Below, piece by piece: positions 9,459 to 20,390 of a stretch of DNA of 64,000 nt. Made by a program: the position numbers and the translations under genes. How positions within the stretch are numbered: position 1 is the first letter of the stretch; each line of letters begins with the position of its first letter. The DNA is from a virus (lineage: Duplodnaviria; Caudoviricetes). The notes beneath the pieces were generated by a model that did no database searches, was not told the origin of the DNA, and worked only from the letters and a program-made list of their open reading frames with translations. The stretch is from positions 7,717 to 71,716 of IMG/VR virus record IMGVR_UViG_3300037400_002076; one strand, written 5' to 3'.

Positions 9459-9856
9459 CCGAGTTTTTTGACTATTGTTACAATCAAGGCTCTGCGGAAC
9501 ATAAAGGGTTGCAAAGAGCCGTTGCTATGGCAAAACGCTTTGGCAAAAAGATCGGCAAATCCACCGAGGAAAAGGCTAATCAAGCTGAACCAACTTTGCC
9601 TGAACATCTGCTACTGCATTTCAATGCGTTTAAAGATTTAAGCAGGCAACGCAGTATGGGTGGATTTGCATTAGGTAATATTCCGTATTTAGACATTGTT
9701 CAATACGCACAGATTTACCGCATGGATGAAGAGACCACAGAAGATCTTATATATTTTGTTACAGGTCTTGACGATCATTATCTGAGCCGACTGAACAAAG
9801 AACATAAATCTAAAATGGATAAGCAAAAAACTCGTAACAACATTGGTAAAAGGTAG
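9446..9856 (+). CDS. Tail chaperone frameshift extension (gpT part of gpGT)
   Basis: -1 frame FKTLTEFFDYCYNQGSAEHKGLQRAV... continuous with ORF 9509..9856; LSRQRSMGGFALGNIPYLDIVQYA typical of gpT-like proteins. Confidence 0.75.
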   Translation, partial: FKTLTEFFDYCYNQGSAEHKGLQRAVAMAKRFGKKIGKSTEEKANQAEPTLPEHLLLHFNAFKDLSRQRSMGGFALGNIPYLDIVQYAQIYRMDEETTEDLIYFVTGLDDHYLSRLNKEHKSKMDKQKTRNNIGKR

Positions 9857-9877
9857 TATCGAAAGGTGCTACCTTTT
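9848..9877 (+). terminator. Intrinsic terminator (GAAA tetraloop)
   Basis: AGGTAGTATC-GAAA-GGTGCTACCT-TTT. Confidence 0.75.
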
Positions 9878-9942
9878 AATTTTGCGTACGCATGGTTTTC
9901 AATTATAATCTTTGTAAATCACTTGTTTAATAGAGAACGATC

Positions 9943-10620
9943 ATGTCAAGTATAATTTTTTCATTCAAAATAGATATAACAGACGACGGGTATAAACGTG
10001 CGTTTGAGCAGGTTAATAGAAAACTACGTTCGCTCTATAAAACAAGAAATAAAAAAATACAGAACCTTAATGTTAATATAGAAAAATTTAAAAAAGAAGT
10101 ATCAGAGCTGATGATACGAATTGCTGTAGAAGCAACGCAGGAGCTTATAATGGCTACACGAGGTACAACAGGTAATCTCGCAAGTGGTTGGCATGTTACT
10201 TTTAACAAACGAGACAGATCAGAACAGGGTGTGTATGGCGGAGACTTTGACGCCTGGTATTCAGATACATATCTAATTAAAAGCACTCGCAATCGTGCTA
10301 TATACGACGAGTATAAAAACGAAGCAATAGCAAGAGAAAGAAATAAATTACCAGGTTTATTAGACAGAGCCAAAACCTCTTATACTGTGTATATAATAAA
10401 CAGTGCGTATATGGAAAAGGTCAACGACATAGGTGACACTGATTATACTTATGGGTATTATGCAGAAGAGGGTATTAACTTTGGTTGGTTTGCTAATAAA
10501 GACGGTTACAGCATAAACTCGGAACAGTCAGCAGGAGAGTTTTTGGCTAATTATTTTAAAAATAATTTTACGCCTGCTATGAAACAGTTGAGACGTAAAT
10601 ACAAGATGAATAGAGGGTAG
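9943..10620 (+). CDS. HK97 gp10-like tail completion protein (putative)
   Basis: ATRGTTGNLASGWHV resembles the TPVDTGxLRxSW signature. Confidence 0.5.
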   Translation: MSSIIFSFKIDITDDGYKRAFEQVNRKLRSLYKTRNKKIQNLNVNIEKFKKEVSELMIRIAVEATQELIMATRGTTGNLASGWHVTFNKRDRSEQGVYGGDFDAWYSDTYLIKSTRNRAIYDEYKNEAIARERNKLPGLLDRAKTSYTVYIINSAYMEKVNDIGDTDYTYGYYAEEGINFGWFANKDGYSINSEQSAGEFLANYFKNNFTPAMKQLRRKYKMNRG

Positions 10621-10625
10621 ACAAA

Positions 10626-13600
10626 ATGAGTGATAATAATCAGATTATAATCGAGTTTGACGGCGATACCACGCAATTTAACAAGAAGTTTGACGCCGTT
10701 AGAAAACGCTTGGAACGTCTTAGAGACAAAGAACATACTGCCACAATAAATCTTGAGTTTAAAGGTAGACAGACTCTCACAAACGTAAAAAACGAAGTTA
10801 AAAAACTAGAGAGTGAAACTCATACTATCAATGTTGATATTCAGATTCCGCATTTGAATAACATTACGTCTCTGCAAAATCAATTCGCAAATATAGCAAG
10901 CACAGTTAACTCTTTTAAGGTTGACGATAGTATCGTTCGTTCATTAACCGGGGTAACGTCAGCGTTGCAGGGAATTACAAACTTTGATGCAACCTCTTTA
11001 CGTGATACACGTAACGCTATAAGCGATATATCATCTTCGTTACAAAACTTAAAAAATTTAAACACAGCCCCGGTTAACAACATTCAAAATGTGTTGACAA
11101 ACTTATCTGTTGCTTTACGTGGTGTCAACAGAACAGGCTCTACCGGGATTCGTGATTTAGCATCATCTCTCTCTACCTTATCATCAGCTTTACAGGCTGT
11201 AACTCGCATTGACGCTACGTATATTCAAGATTTGGCGAACTCTGTTTCATCTTTGCATATAGATCCTGCTTTAGCCGATCAAATGAAAACCTTGGGTAGT
11301 GCTATGTCAAGATTGGGTAAAGGTCTTGATGATTTGAGTTTGACTAAAAGATTTTCGGCTGTAAACAATACCGTCGACCTTATCAACGATCTTGGCAGGA
11401 TAAGAGTTACAGGTGATTTTTCTGGTCTTGAACATGTATCAAAGATAGTATCAGGTATCGGCAGAGGTTTGACTCAGTTAGAAAAAATCAATAATGTTAA
11501 CTTAACTCCTGTCAAAGTTTTAATTAACATGTTGAATAGTGCTCATGTTGATATATCATCAGCAGCAGGCTTTGAAGCTATCGGTACCGGGCTTGGCAAA
11601 ATCGTCACTGCACTCAATCGTTTGGACAGTGTAACAGTTAATTCTATGAGCAACCTGCAAAGAATGTTAGGTGTGCTAGGCACTTTCATACAACAGTTAA
11701 CCGCATTAGGCAATAACACTAAAGCTATTACCACTGTTGCTGAACTTATAAGAGAGTTAAAAAACCTGACCACTGCATTAGGGGGCACTCAAAGCGGCAT
11801 GAGACGTGTGCAAACCTCTACCCAACAAACTACTAGCTCGCTCTCTGTATTCTCTCGTCAGGTTGTATCTAATATAGCTGACTTGCGACGTGTTGCTGCT
11901 TCTATCTATATATTTAAAAATGCAACAACTTGGATTAAGCAAACCTCAGAAGAATTAGATAGATATACTGTTGTGCAAAACAAGTTACGTGGGTTATACG
12001 ACGGCGACGAGAACAAGGTTTCCAAAGTTAGCGAAATGATTTTCCAATCAGCACAAGATGCACGTACTAGTATGGAAGCATTTTCTACTACATTCCTGAA
12101 AGTACAGCTCGCAACTGAAAAGTACGGCTTCTCTGCTCAACAGGCTGTACAGGTTACTAACACTCTCGCTAAAGCTATGGTTATCGGTGGTGCTACCGCA
12201 AGCGAAACTGCTTCTGTAATGTTGCAGTTCTCACAGGCTTTGTCCAAGGGTAAACTCGACGGCGATGAATTTAGATCCGTAATGGAAAACTCTCCTGTAC
12301 TTATGCGAGCTTTAGCTAGAGAAGCAGGTAAAGCTATGGGTGTAATGAACGCAGGTCAGAAAGAGTTAATGAAGTGGTCTAAAGAGGGTAAACTCACTAT
12401 TGACATTCTCATCAAAGCATTGTTAAACCTGCATAATGAAATTGACGAAAAGTTTAGCAATACCACTGAAACTGTAGGTCAGGCTTTCCAAAAACTTGAA
12501 AATGTATCTATTAAGACAATGGGGCAGTTTGCAAGTGAAACAGGATTGCTTGACGGAGTAAAGAATGTTGTAAACGGCATAGGTAATCTTGTAAAACTGT
12601 TGAACGGTGGGTTAGGTAAAACTGTTATATCTTTAGGCAAGGCGGTACTGTTTCTTGGTCAGATATATGTGTATTACAAGGCGTTACGTGGTGTTGAATG
12701 GATCTTGGGTATCTTATCATCAGCTCGTGGTTCGTTGGTTAACATGGTTGGTCTGCAATACTCATTAGTTAGACTTAATCGTGAAAACGTAGCTTTAAGA
12801 ACCGAAGATAATATTCTTACTGCTCGTATAGCTATGGCTGACAAGGCTAGAGAAGCTATAGACCAACGTATCCTGATGATTCAGCGTCAGATAAACCTCA
12901 ATGCACAGGCTTATACCCGCGAACAGATGAAGCAGTTACAAAACGACCTGGACCACGCAAAAGCGCTTAGAGATAACATGGGGGTACAAGGAACTGTAAT
13001 GTCAGCAAGCGACACTGGAAAAAGCGGTATAGGTGCGTTTGTCAAAGGCTTTTTTGGTTTGTTCGCAAAGGTTGCAGTTATATCAGCAGCAATGTATGGA
13101 ATACAAAAACTCACAGACGCTTTAATGTCTATGAGTCAGGCAGGTCAAACTCTTAAACATGCTTTAGAGGGTGACATATCCGCAATTAAAGATTTGCAAG
13201 ATGAGGATTTACAATCATGGCTTAACTTTGCTGATATTCTTGGTCGTATATCAGGCATTGATTTCGGTAACGTTCAGCAGTTAAAGCAGGAAATGATCAA
13301 GGCTCGTAACGAAGTCGCAGGTATAGATCCGCAAACTTCCGCAGCTATGGCAAAAGACGAAAGAGGTTTTTGGACAAAATGGTGGGAAGAAACAAAGCGT
13401 GGTGCTTCCGATCTGACAAAAAGTATCACAACATCTTTTGACAGACCTTTAGAAGCTATTGATTCTAAATTCAAAGCGTTTAGAAACTTAACTCTGGCCA
13501 CAGTGCAAGTAAATGATCGTGTATTAGAAATCGTTTCTGAAAAAGTGAGTGCTCTTGGTGAAAACGAAAAACTGAGAATTAGTGAGAATAAGGAACTCAT

Positions 13601-16100
13601 TTCATTGGTCAATGGCTCTAAAGACTTGGTTGGAAGATTGGCTATTGCTTATGAACACATGGGCGAAGTTCACCTGGCTAACAAATCTTATGATCTTGTT
13701 GAAAAATTGAACCTTATCTTAAAGCAAGACGCTTTAACAAAACAAGATTTAAACGCTATAACAAGACTTATGTCTGAAAACGTGGAATTAATACAGGCTT
13801 ATAACAATGGTAGCGAGGTAGTTAGAAATACCGCAGGATATACACGTGCTGACGGTACAACTGTAACTCTTTTGCATGAGCATGAGTATAGACAGCAATT
13901 GTTAAAAGAAATGCAGGATGAAGTTATTAAGGCTAAAGAAAGATCACAAAAATTAAACGAACTCACCGAAGCATATCCAGTGTTAAAAGATGCCACTTTT
14001 GATGTTAAAAGCGAACTTGTTGACACGGTTAAATTCGTACAGGAGTTAAACGGTGGGTTTGAAAAGAATGTTGGATTGCTTGATAGTTTTGCAAAGAGCT
14101 TAGCTGATATTATTAAGGTTCAACAGGGTCTTGAGGGATATGTAAACCCTTACGAATTAGCTAAAAAACAAGCGTTTTCTACCGAAAGCGACACTATGAA
14201 ACGATATGCAGAAACAGGTAATCAGTATCTGAAATCAAAGACAGGTTCTAAAGGCTTTGGTGTTTTTTCCGAGGGCAATAAATTGTATTTCGGTAAGAGT
14301 GCTGATGATGAAAATAGAATACCTGTTAAAACCAGAGATTACAACGAACATACTATAACCACTGCTCTTGACAACGCACAAAACGCTTACGAAAGAGCAG
14401 AAAAAGAACGCAAGGAAAAAACAAAAAGCAAACCGAAAGCTACAGGTGGTGGCGGTCATAAGAAAGAGTTTAAGATCGATTGGCTTGACATGCGAGATCT
14501 TGGTGGAAATCTGTATGACAGTTTAAACCCGGAAAACATCCTTGATACGTTTACCAACATGGTCGGTGCAAACAAGAACCTGTTGTTCTTAAACGAGGAA
14601 ATGACCGCTTGGTATGAGGAACAGGCTAAACTCCTTGAAGAAGCTAAAGAATGTGGCGTTGTATTATCTCAACAGGATTTATCACGTCTGCAATCTTTAT
14701 TCATGCAACGCAGACATATGGAAGAGGTTGCAAAGGCTGAACAAGGTTTTGTATCTGATGTTACTAAAGAAGCACATCAGCGTGAGATAAACATCGAAGC
14801 CTTAAACGACCTTATCAAAAAACAGGAAGCATTAGGTAAATCCGCACAGGCTTATAAAGAATTGCTGACCGAGCAGAGAACCGAGTTAGAAAAAATGACC
14901 CATGAGTTTGAAAAGCAACTTAAACTCAAACAACAGGGTGATTTTATCGGCGGTATAACATCTCGTTATGAAGATCTTTATAAGGCTTTAAGACAAGATA
15001 AGAGCGATAAAGAAATCACTGATAAGGAGAAAGACCAACTGCTTAATCAGGCTGTTAGAGAACGCTTTACAGAGGTGTTCACTGATAAGTACAATGAAAT
15101 TATCGGTAACGGCAAAGGCATGTTTGGTTACGAGGATATAATCAATAATATCGCCGCAGGTCAGGCTTGGGCTTCTGGCAATATAAGTGATTATGGAATG
15201 GCTGAAAATATGCGTGGTGGACTTGATACTATTCGTGAATATTTAGGTCAATTCGGCAGAACAGGTCAGTCTGATAGCTTTTTACGTAGCATGGGGTTAA
15301 ACCCAGAAGAATGGGATGAATGGTCTCTCGCAGGTCTGAACGCTATAGCTCAATTGACAGACGGCTTTAAGGGCTTGACATACACTCTATCAGAAGAGCT
15401 TTCAGGTGCTATGACTAAATTTACAGATGGCATCGCTAATGGCTTGGCTAATGCTATCGTTAAGGGCGAAGATCTGAAATCTACTCTGCATAGTCTCGCT
15501 CAAACTATTTTGGTCGATCTTATATCTGCATTGATCAAAATGGGTATTCAATACGTTGCTACTAAATTCTTAATGGCAACCGTTGACAAAGGTATGCAGG
15601 CACAGGAAGCTGTTGCGTCAGTCGCTCACGCTAAAGTTGTTGCAGCCGCTTGGTTGCCTGCTGCAACGTTGGTATCAACCGCTACCGAGGGTGAAGCACC
15701 TATTACAGGTAAAATTATGATGGACCTCATGTATGAACTGAACAAGATTAAATATCTTGGTGCAGGATTCGCAGAGGGTGGTTATACAGGTGTAGGTGGT
15801 AAATATCAACCTGCGGGCATCGTTCACAAAGGCGAGTATGTATTTACACAGGCAGACGTAGATCGAATTGGTTTAACCAACCTTGAAAGCCTGCACAATG
15901 GTGAATACAACATTACAAACAACAACGTGAGCAACTACAACTCTCAAGCAGGTGTAGGTGGTAACAATGTTTCTATCGTGAACGTTGTAGACCCTGCCAT
16001 GGTTAAGGCTTATCTGAATACAAGCGACGGACAGCAGGTGATTCTGAATACGATAAAGCAGAATCCAAAAGCTGTAAAACAGATAGTCGCAACGGCATAA
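10626..16100 (+). CDS. Tape measure protein
   Basis: 1824 aa, helical; QFSQALSKGKLDGDEFRSVMENSP tape-measure domain; lambda-H-like C-terminus GFAEGGYTG..PAGIVHKGEYV. Confidence 0.95.
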   Translation: MSDNNQIIIEFDGDTTQFNKKFDAVRKRLERLRDKEHTATINLEFKGRQTLTNVKNEVKKLESETHTINVDIQIPHLNNITSLQNQFANIASTVNSFKVDDSIVRSLTGVTSALQGITNFDATSLRDTRNAISDISSSLQNLKNLNTAPVNNIQNVLTNLSVALRGVNRTGSTGIRDLASSLSTLSSALQAVTRIDATYIQDLANSVSSLHIDPALADQMKTLGSAMSRLGKGLDDLSLTKRFSAVNNTVDLINDLGRIRVTGDFSGLEHVSKIVSGIGRGLTQLEKINNVNLTPVKVLINMLNSAHVDISSAAGFEAIGTGLGKIVTALNRLDSVTVNSMSNLQRMLGVLGTFIQQLTALGNNTKAITTVAELIRELKNLTTALGGTQSGMRRVQTSTQQTTSSLSVFSRQVVSNIADLRRVAASIYIFKNATTWIKQTSEELDRYTVVQNKLRGLYDGDENKVSKVSEMIFQSAQDARTSMEAFSTTFLKVQLATEKYGFSAQQAVQVTNTLAKAMVIGGATASETASVMLQFSQALSKGKLDGDEFRSVMENSPVLMRALAREAGKAMGVMNAGQKELMKWSKEGKLTIDILIKALLNLHNEIDEKFSNTTETVGQAFQKLENVSIKTMGQFASETGLLDGVKNVVNGIGNLVKLLNGGLGKTVISLGKAVLFLGQIYVYYKALRGVEWILGILSSARGSLVNMVGLQYSLVRLNRENVALRTEDNILTARIAMADKAREAIDQRILMIQRQINLNAQAYTREQMKQLQNDLDHAKALRDNMGVQGTVMSASDTGKSGIGAFVKGFFGLFAKVAVISAAMYGIQKLTDALMSMSQAGQTLKHALEGDISAIKDLQDEDLQSWLNFADILGRISGIDFGNVQQLKQEMIKARNEVAGIDPQTSAAMAKDERGFWTKWWEETKRGASDLTKSITTSFDRPLEAIDSKFKAFRNLTLATVQVNDRVLEIVSEKVSALGENEKLRISENKELISLVNGSKDLVGRLAIAYEHMGEVHLANKSYDLVEKLNLILKQDALTKQDLNAITRLMSENVELIQAYNNGSEVVRNTAGYTRADGTTVTLLHEHEYRQQLLKEMQDEVIKAKERSQKLNELTEAYPVLKDATFDVKSELVDTVKFVQELNGGFEKNVGLLDSFAKSLADIIKVQQGLEGYVNPYELAKKQAFSTESDTMKRYAETGNQYLKSKTGSKGFGVFSEGNKLYFGKSADDENRIPVKTRDYNEHTITTALDNAQNAYERAEKERKEKTKSKPKATGGGGHKKEFKIDWLDMRDLGGNLYDSLNPENILDTFTNMVGANKNLLFLNEEMTAWYEEQAKLLEEAKECGVVLSQQDLSRLQSLFMQRRHMEEVAKAEQGFVSDVTKEAHQREINIEALNDLIKKQEALGKSAQAYKELLTEQRTELEKMTHEFEKQLKLKQQGDFIGGITSRYEDLYKALRQDKSDKEITDKEKDQLLNQAVRERFTEVFTDKYNEIIGNGKGMFGYEDIINNIAAGQAWASGNISDYGMAENMRGGLDTIREYLGQFGRTGQSDSFLRSMGLNPEEWDEWSLAGLNAIAQLTDGFKGLTYTLSEELSGAMTKFTDGIANGLANAIVKGEDLKSTLHSLAQTILVDLISALIKMGIQYVATKFLMATVDKGMQAQEAVASVAHAKVVAAAWLPAATLVSTATEGEAPITGKIMMDLMYELNKIKYLGAGFAEGGYTGVGGKYQPAGIVHKGEYVFTQADVDRIGLTNLESLHNGEYNITNNNVSNYNSQAGVGGNNVSIVNVVDPAMVKAYLNTSDGQQVILNTIKQNPKAVKQIVATA

Positions 16101-16118
16101 GACTTATCTAGTGTAATC

Positions 16119-16145
16119 AAAGCGAGCGTAACGGCTCGCTTTTTT
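16119..16145 (+). terminator. Intrinsic terminator
   Basis: AAAGCGAGC-gtaacg-GCTCGCTTTTTT. Confidence 0.8.
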
Positions 16146-16149
16146 GTTG

Positions 16150-16158
16150 TGGTATAAT
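16150..16158 (+). promoter_or_regulatory. Extended -10 promoter
   Basis: TGGTATAAT immediately after the terminator. Confidence 0.55.
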
Positions 16159-16191
16159 TGACATCAGTTATCTAACACAGGATTTACCGCC

Positions 16192-19100
16192 ATGACTATG
16201 AATTGCTTTTATAGACCTCGCTCTAATGCAAAGGTCGAATATGAATATAAAACCAATGTTCTTAAAACTTATACTAACTACGAAGATCGTGTTGCTCAAC
16301 GTGATATTCCTCGTATATCATTTGAGTACAATTTTAATTTTTCTTCAAACAAAGAGATGTGTGCATTTGATAATGAGCTACGTAACAATGGTTTGACAGG
16401 TGGAATCTTTATCCCTGATTGGTTCAGTATGATCCCTGCTAAAGACATTATCGTAGGTAACAACACTGTTACTGTAGATAATCTGATCAATTTTGCCAAA
16501 GGTCAGTATATTCTTATTCAGTCTATAGATAGTCCTGATTATGAAGTGACTTTAGTTACAAACGTTGCATACGCTCAAACAGGTATCACCTCATACTCAC
16601 AGTCATTAAGTTTTGAAAGCGGTAAATCTTTTTCAGACTGTATAATTATGCCGTTATACAACTGCAATTCAGAAAAGACAAACAACCTTTCCAGCTCAAA
16701 TGTAATGAATAACTCTGTCGGTATCGTAGGTATCGTTAAAGACCATATATACGTACCTATCAGGGATTACAGCATTACGTTTTTAGGACACGACGTTTTA
16801 TCAGATGATTTTATTCGCCAAAACTCCGACATACAATTCAAATCTCAACAGGAAATTATGGAAAATGACTACGACATCGGCGTTGTAGATAGATTTACTT
16901 TTTATTCTCGTATGTACGATGAGTTTGGCGTTAAACTTAAAGTAGCTCAAGATAAACTTGAGTATACAAGAAACTTTATCAGACGTCGTTGGGGTCAGAC
17001 CTACGGTTGTTTTGTCGCAAGCGGTACTAACGATTTTACTCGGTTAAACAATAATGGTTTTACCGACACTCTCACCATAAAGCAGACCACTCACGATTTT
17101 GATGCAAGACCTTACATCGCTATCAGTTATTATAATGGTGGTAGCAGGTATTGTGTTCTCTGCGAAGTAACCGCTCATAACGACGTTGATGATACCACTG
17201 TACTAACCCTTGATACTTCAACTGCGGTAACAATCGTTTATGATTTTGACGGCAATATAATTGATTATATATCTGACGGAGGTATCAATATCCCTGGCGG
17301 TTGCACTACCGATATTCAATCGCTGTTGTTTGCTCGTTTAGATTCAGATAAAATCACTTTTAGTTATGCAGGTACTAGTGCTGATAATTCAGGATTATAC
17401 TCAATTGACTTAAACTTTGTTGAGTGCGACATGTACGATTCCGCACTTATAGACTATAACACTTATGCGTACGACTACGAAGATCGTAACACGTTACTGC
17501 TCATCAATGCTTATACAGAAAATACTTCATCAGCAGATGATGTGCGGGTTACAAACAAAGCTAATCCTATAACTTTTGGTGATTTCCCTAATGTTGCTTT
17601 TTATGTTAGCGGCGTTAAAACAACCGACGGCGAGTTTGATAATCCACCGACTGTCAAACAGCAACGCTTTTATGGCAGTATCAAAGTAACTACTGGCGAT
17701 CATTCAGAATACCTTATCGATTATGACGATGATTTCGTATTACAGGTAACAGGTTCATTCAAATCTCCTGTACCTCCTTATTCTGATTGTGTAATAGGCT
17801 ATAGTAACCTGTATATAGGAGGGATATACTCATCTTTATTCAGTTTGAACCAATGTTGTCTGATAAACTGCATTATCATAAATCAAACTCCTTATATTGT
17901 AATTAGCGTTGGTGACACTTATAACTCAAACACTATCTATAGTCGCTACTACTCGGTTTTCGTTAAAAAGTGTAACGGCAATCTTTTTGATGATACGCAC
18001 GAATTTGCTATTCAGCGTAAAAAAGGCATCGTCACAGTTTGGTGCGATGGTTGGTTACAAGGCGAGATCAGAAACCTTAAACACACTCGTATGGGGTTTT
18101 TTACCCGCGATAATCTTGGTTGTGTTTGCTTTGGTTGGGCTCCTGTAGAGAATACTCATACTGACTATAATTTAGTTAATTTTGAACAGTTCAGAATTGC
18201 GTTGAACAAAACCCCTTATGATGATACCTACATGCGTTACAGTGCTACAAATCGTATCTACAGATTAGATGATTATAGATTGACTAATTATGAGGTGTTT
18301 AACGATACCGCAACAATCTTTAGTTCTGATATGATTCTGCAATCAAGAGACGGAGTGTATGGATTTAATACTCACCATCTTTTAACATCCACTTTTGCCA
18401 GTGTGTTTGTAAAGCATCCGTATTCAAATTACCTTTGTACACTTGCAGATAATAATACAACTTCCTATCGTAATGTAAATGTAACCACAAGTGTTGTATG
18501 TAATCGAAATCATGCAGGATATTGCCTACAAAATCAGAACTCAAATGATTGTTTCGGTTTAATTCCTAATCGTTACAAAATGCCGTTTAAATGGTACAAA
18601 GATTTTTGGCTTGAATTTGAGTTAAGTAACCCTGATGATGTAGAATTACCTGAAAATTATCTGCTCGCCGATCTTGATACAATAATGCCAACTGTATATG
18701 CTGATTCTGTTAACAAGCAATGGAAAGTAGGAGCGTTTGGTCTTGTACCTAGCGGTTGGTACTCATGGGAGAACAACGCAAGACTTAAAGTAGCATTGTC
18801 TTTGGACTGTCGTAACAATCGTGTTAGTGTTTACATAAACAACAACCGAGTGGCTTATACTGCTTTGACTACTTTGCTTACTACCGCAAGACAACCTTAT
18901 ATAAACCTTTATCCGTTAGTATTCAGTAGAAGTTATGCTATATTTCTTAATCGGTTTAGACTGTTAGACTGCTGTCCTTATTCAGACGATTCTTATACCG
19001 ATGATGATTGGTATCGTGGGTTTTATACCACTTGGTTTGATATTGAGTTTGGTCGATTTAACGATGATAACTTTACTACTTTACGAGTAAAGCCTATCCA

Positions 19101-20385
19101 CAATACTCACACTTTCGCTGATGTCTATGGTCAGTTAAAAGACGATAACTCTTTATCATTCTGCAAGGTGGAATGGTCAGACGGCACTCGTAATCGTGAG
19201 ATCCGTAATCCACAGGGTAATACTCTATACACTGTTAAGGTTACTGATTATCGCACGAATAAAAGCGGTTATGGTTGGTTCTTTGTTCATTCAGGCTATA
19301 CAGGTACAATGTGCAAGAGCAAATTTAACGATCATGAAGAGCCTGATTATCAGGGGGGTATTGTGCATGTAAGTGACTTTACCTGCGAGCGTTACAATTG
19401 GCAAAGTCAGCAGTATGAAGATTATCAGCCTGCGATGTTAAACAACTCTGACGTACGGGTCTATGATAAGTATGTAAAATTCCTGTCTGGTAATGATCGC
19501 TTTATCGACATGACAAGTGATACTGGTAAATCTATAACAAGTCTCTACTCTGTCGCACAGCAACAGTCTCATCGATTGTTTAATCATATGTTCATTAAAC
19601 AGGTTGAGTTCACGTTAAGTAAATTTGTAAAACCACAAACTTACATCTCTGACGGCAGAGGGTACTATAACTGTAATGATCATATGCTGTTGCTAAATAC
19701 CCGTTTTTATTCAGACTCTAGTCCGTCTAGTGGCTTTGCATCAGCAAGTAAAGAGTATGCAAATATTCTTTGTGACTTCCGCTATGACAGCGGTGATATT
19801 GACGGAAGCCATGTGTTAGATATTATCAGAGGTTATCAGTATGAAAACGATGTGTACGCACAAAATATAACCACTTATCTGCGTATGACTAAATCTACTA
19901 TTGTCAACGATCAACAATTTGCTTTCTCACAAGGAATTTTAACAGATACATATAGTACCGCTTTTGAAGCCAAACAAGGTTTATTACTTAAAGATGTTAA
20001 TGTGGAAAAAATCCATGTTGTTATAGAGTTTGATTATGATATGGTAAAAACATTTAAATCATCTTCTCAAACAAATAAAAATTGTTGGGTTCTCATTGCA
20101 ACTAAATATTGGATTAACGGCAAGATGTATAAGACTTCTGATACCTTAAAATCTGTGTCAGGATTGGCAAGTTCTTATAAGGATTTTAATTGGGATGATT
20201 TTCCTTATGGTGTAGGATGTAAACAATTTGCTGAAAATGAAGATTTTTTACGCAAAACAATGGCTCACATCGGTTGCTTTGGTCGTACGTATGCTAACTC
20301 TGATCTTGATGCAAGCACTGGGGTTGGCGATATAAAGATATACGACTACGCCAAGTATAACAAAGATTTTAAAGTAAAATTATAA
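16192..20385 (+). CDS. Distal tail protein with long C-terminal lectin (ConA/LamG-like) extension
   Basis: First gene after the tape measure; YKTNVLKTYTNYEDRVAQRDIPRISFEY and ARLDSD motifs of Chi/YuA-type Dit; three segments ending in hydrophobic strand + WCDG/YINN/WING. Confidence 0.7.
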   Translation: MTMNCFYRPRSNAKVEYEYKTNVLKTYTNYEDRVAQRDIPRISFEYNFNFSSNKEMCAFDNELRNNGLTGGIFIPDWFSMIPAKDIIVGNNTVTVDNLINFAKGQYILIQSIDSPDYEVTLVTNVAYAQTGITSYSQSLSFESGKSFSDCIIMPLYNCNSEKTNNLSSSNVMNNSVGIVGIVKDHIYVPIRDYSITFLGHDVLSDDFIRQNSDIQFKSQQEIMENDYDIGVVDRFTFYSRMYDEFGVKLKVAQDKLEYTRNFIRRRWGQTYGCFVASGTNDFTRLNNNGFTDTLTIKQTTHDFDARPYIAISYYNGGSRYCVLCEVTAHNDVDDTTVLTLDTSTAVTIVYDFDGNIIDYISDGGINIPGGCTTDIQSLLFARLDSDKITFSYAGTSADNSGLYSIDLNFVECDMYDSALIDYNTYAYDYEDRNTLLLINAYTENTSSADDVRVTNKANPITFGDFPNVAFYVSGVKTTDGEFDNPPTVKQQRFYGSIKVTTGDHSEYLIDYDDDFVLQVTGSFKSPVPPYSDCVIGYSNLYIGGIYSSLFSLNQCCLINCIIINQTPYIVISVGDTYNSNTIYSRYYSVFVKKCNGNLFDDTHEFAIQRKKGIVTVWCDGWLQGEIRNLKHTRMGFFTRDNLGCVCFGWAPVENTHTDYNLVNFEQFRIALNKTPYDDTYMRYSATNRIYRLDDYRLTNYEVFNDTATIFSSDMILQSRDGVYGFNTHHLLTSTFASVFVKHPYSNYLCTLADNNTTSYRNVNVTTSVVCNRNHAGYCLQNQNSNDCFGLIPNRYKMPFKWYKDFWLEFELSNPDDVELPENYLLADLDTIMPTVYADSVNKQWKVGAFGLVPSGWYSWENNARLKVALSLDCRNNRVSVYINNNRVAYTALTTLLTTARQPYINLYPLVFSRSYAIFLNRFRLLDCCPYSDDSYTDDDWYRGFYTTWFDIEFGRFNDDNFTTLRVKPIHNTHTFADVYGQLKDDNSLSFCKVEWSDGTRNREIRNPQGNTLYTVKVTDYRTNKSGYGWFFVHSGYTGTMCKSKFNDHEEPDYQGGIVHVSDFTCERYNWQSQQYEDYQPAMLNNSDVRVYDKYVKFLSGNDRFIDMTSDTGKSITSLYSVAQQQSHRLFNHMFIKQVEFTLSKFVKPQTYISDGRGYYNCNDHMLLLNTRFYSDSSPSSGFASASKEYANILCDFRYDSGDIDGSHVLDIIRGYQYENDVYAQNITTYLRMTKSTIVNDQQFAFSQGILTDTYSTAFEAKQGLLLKDVNVEKIHVVIEFDYDMVKTFKSSSQTNKNCWVLIATKYWINGKMYKTSDTLKSVSGLASSYKDFNWDDFPYGVGCKQFAENEDFLRKTMAHIGCFGRTYANSDLDASTGVGDIKIYDYAKYNKDFKVKL

Positions 20386-20390
20386 GGAGA

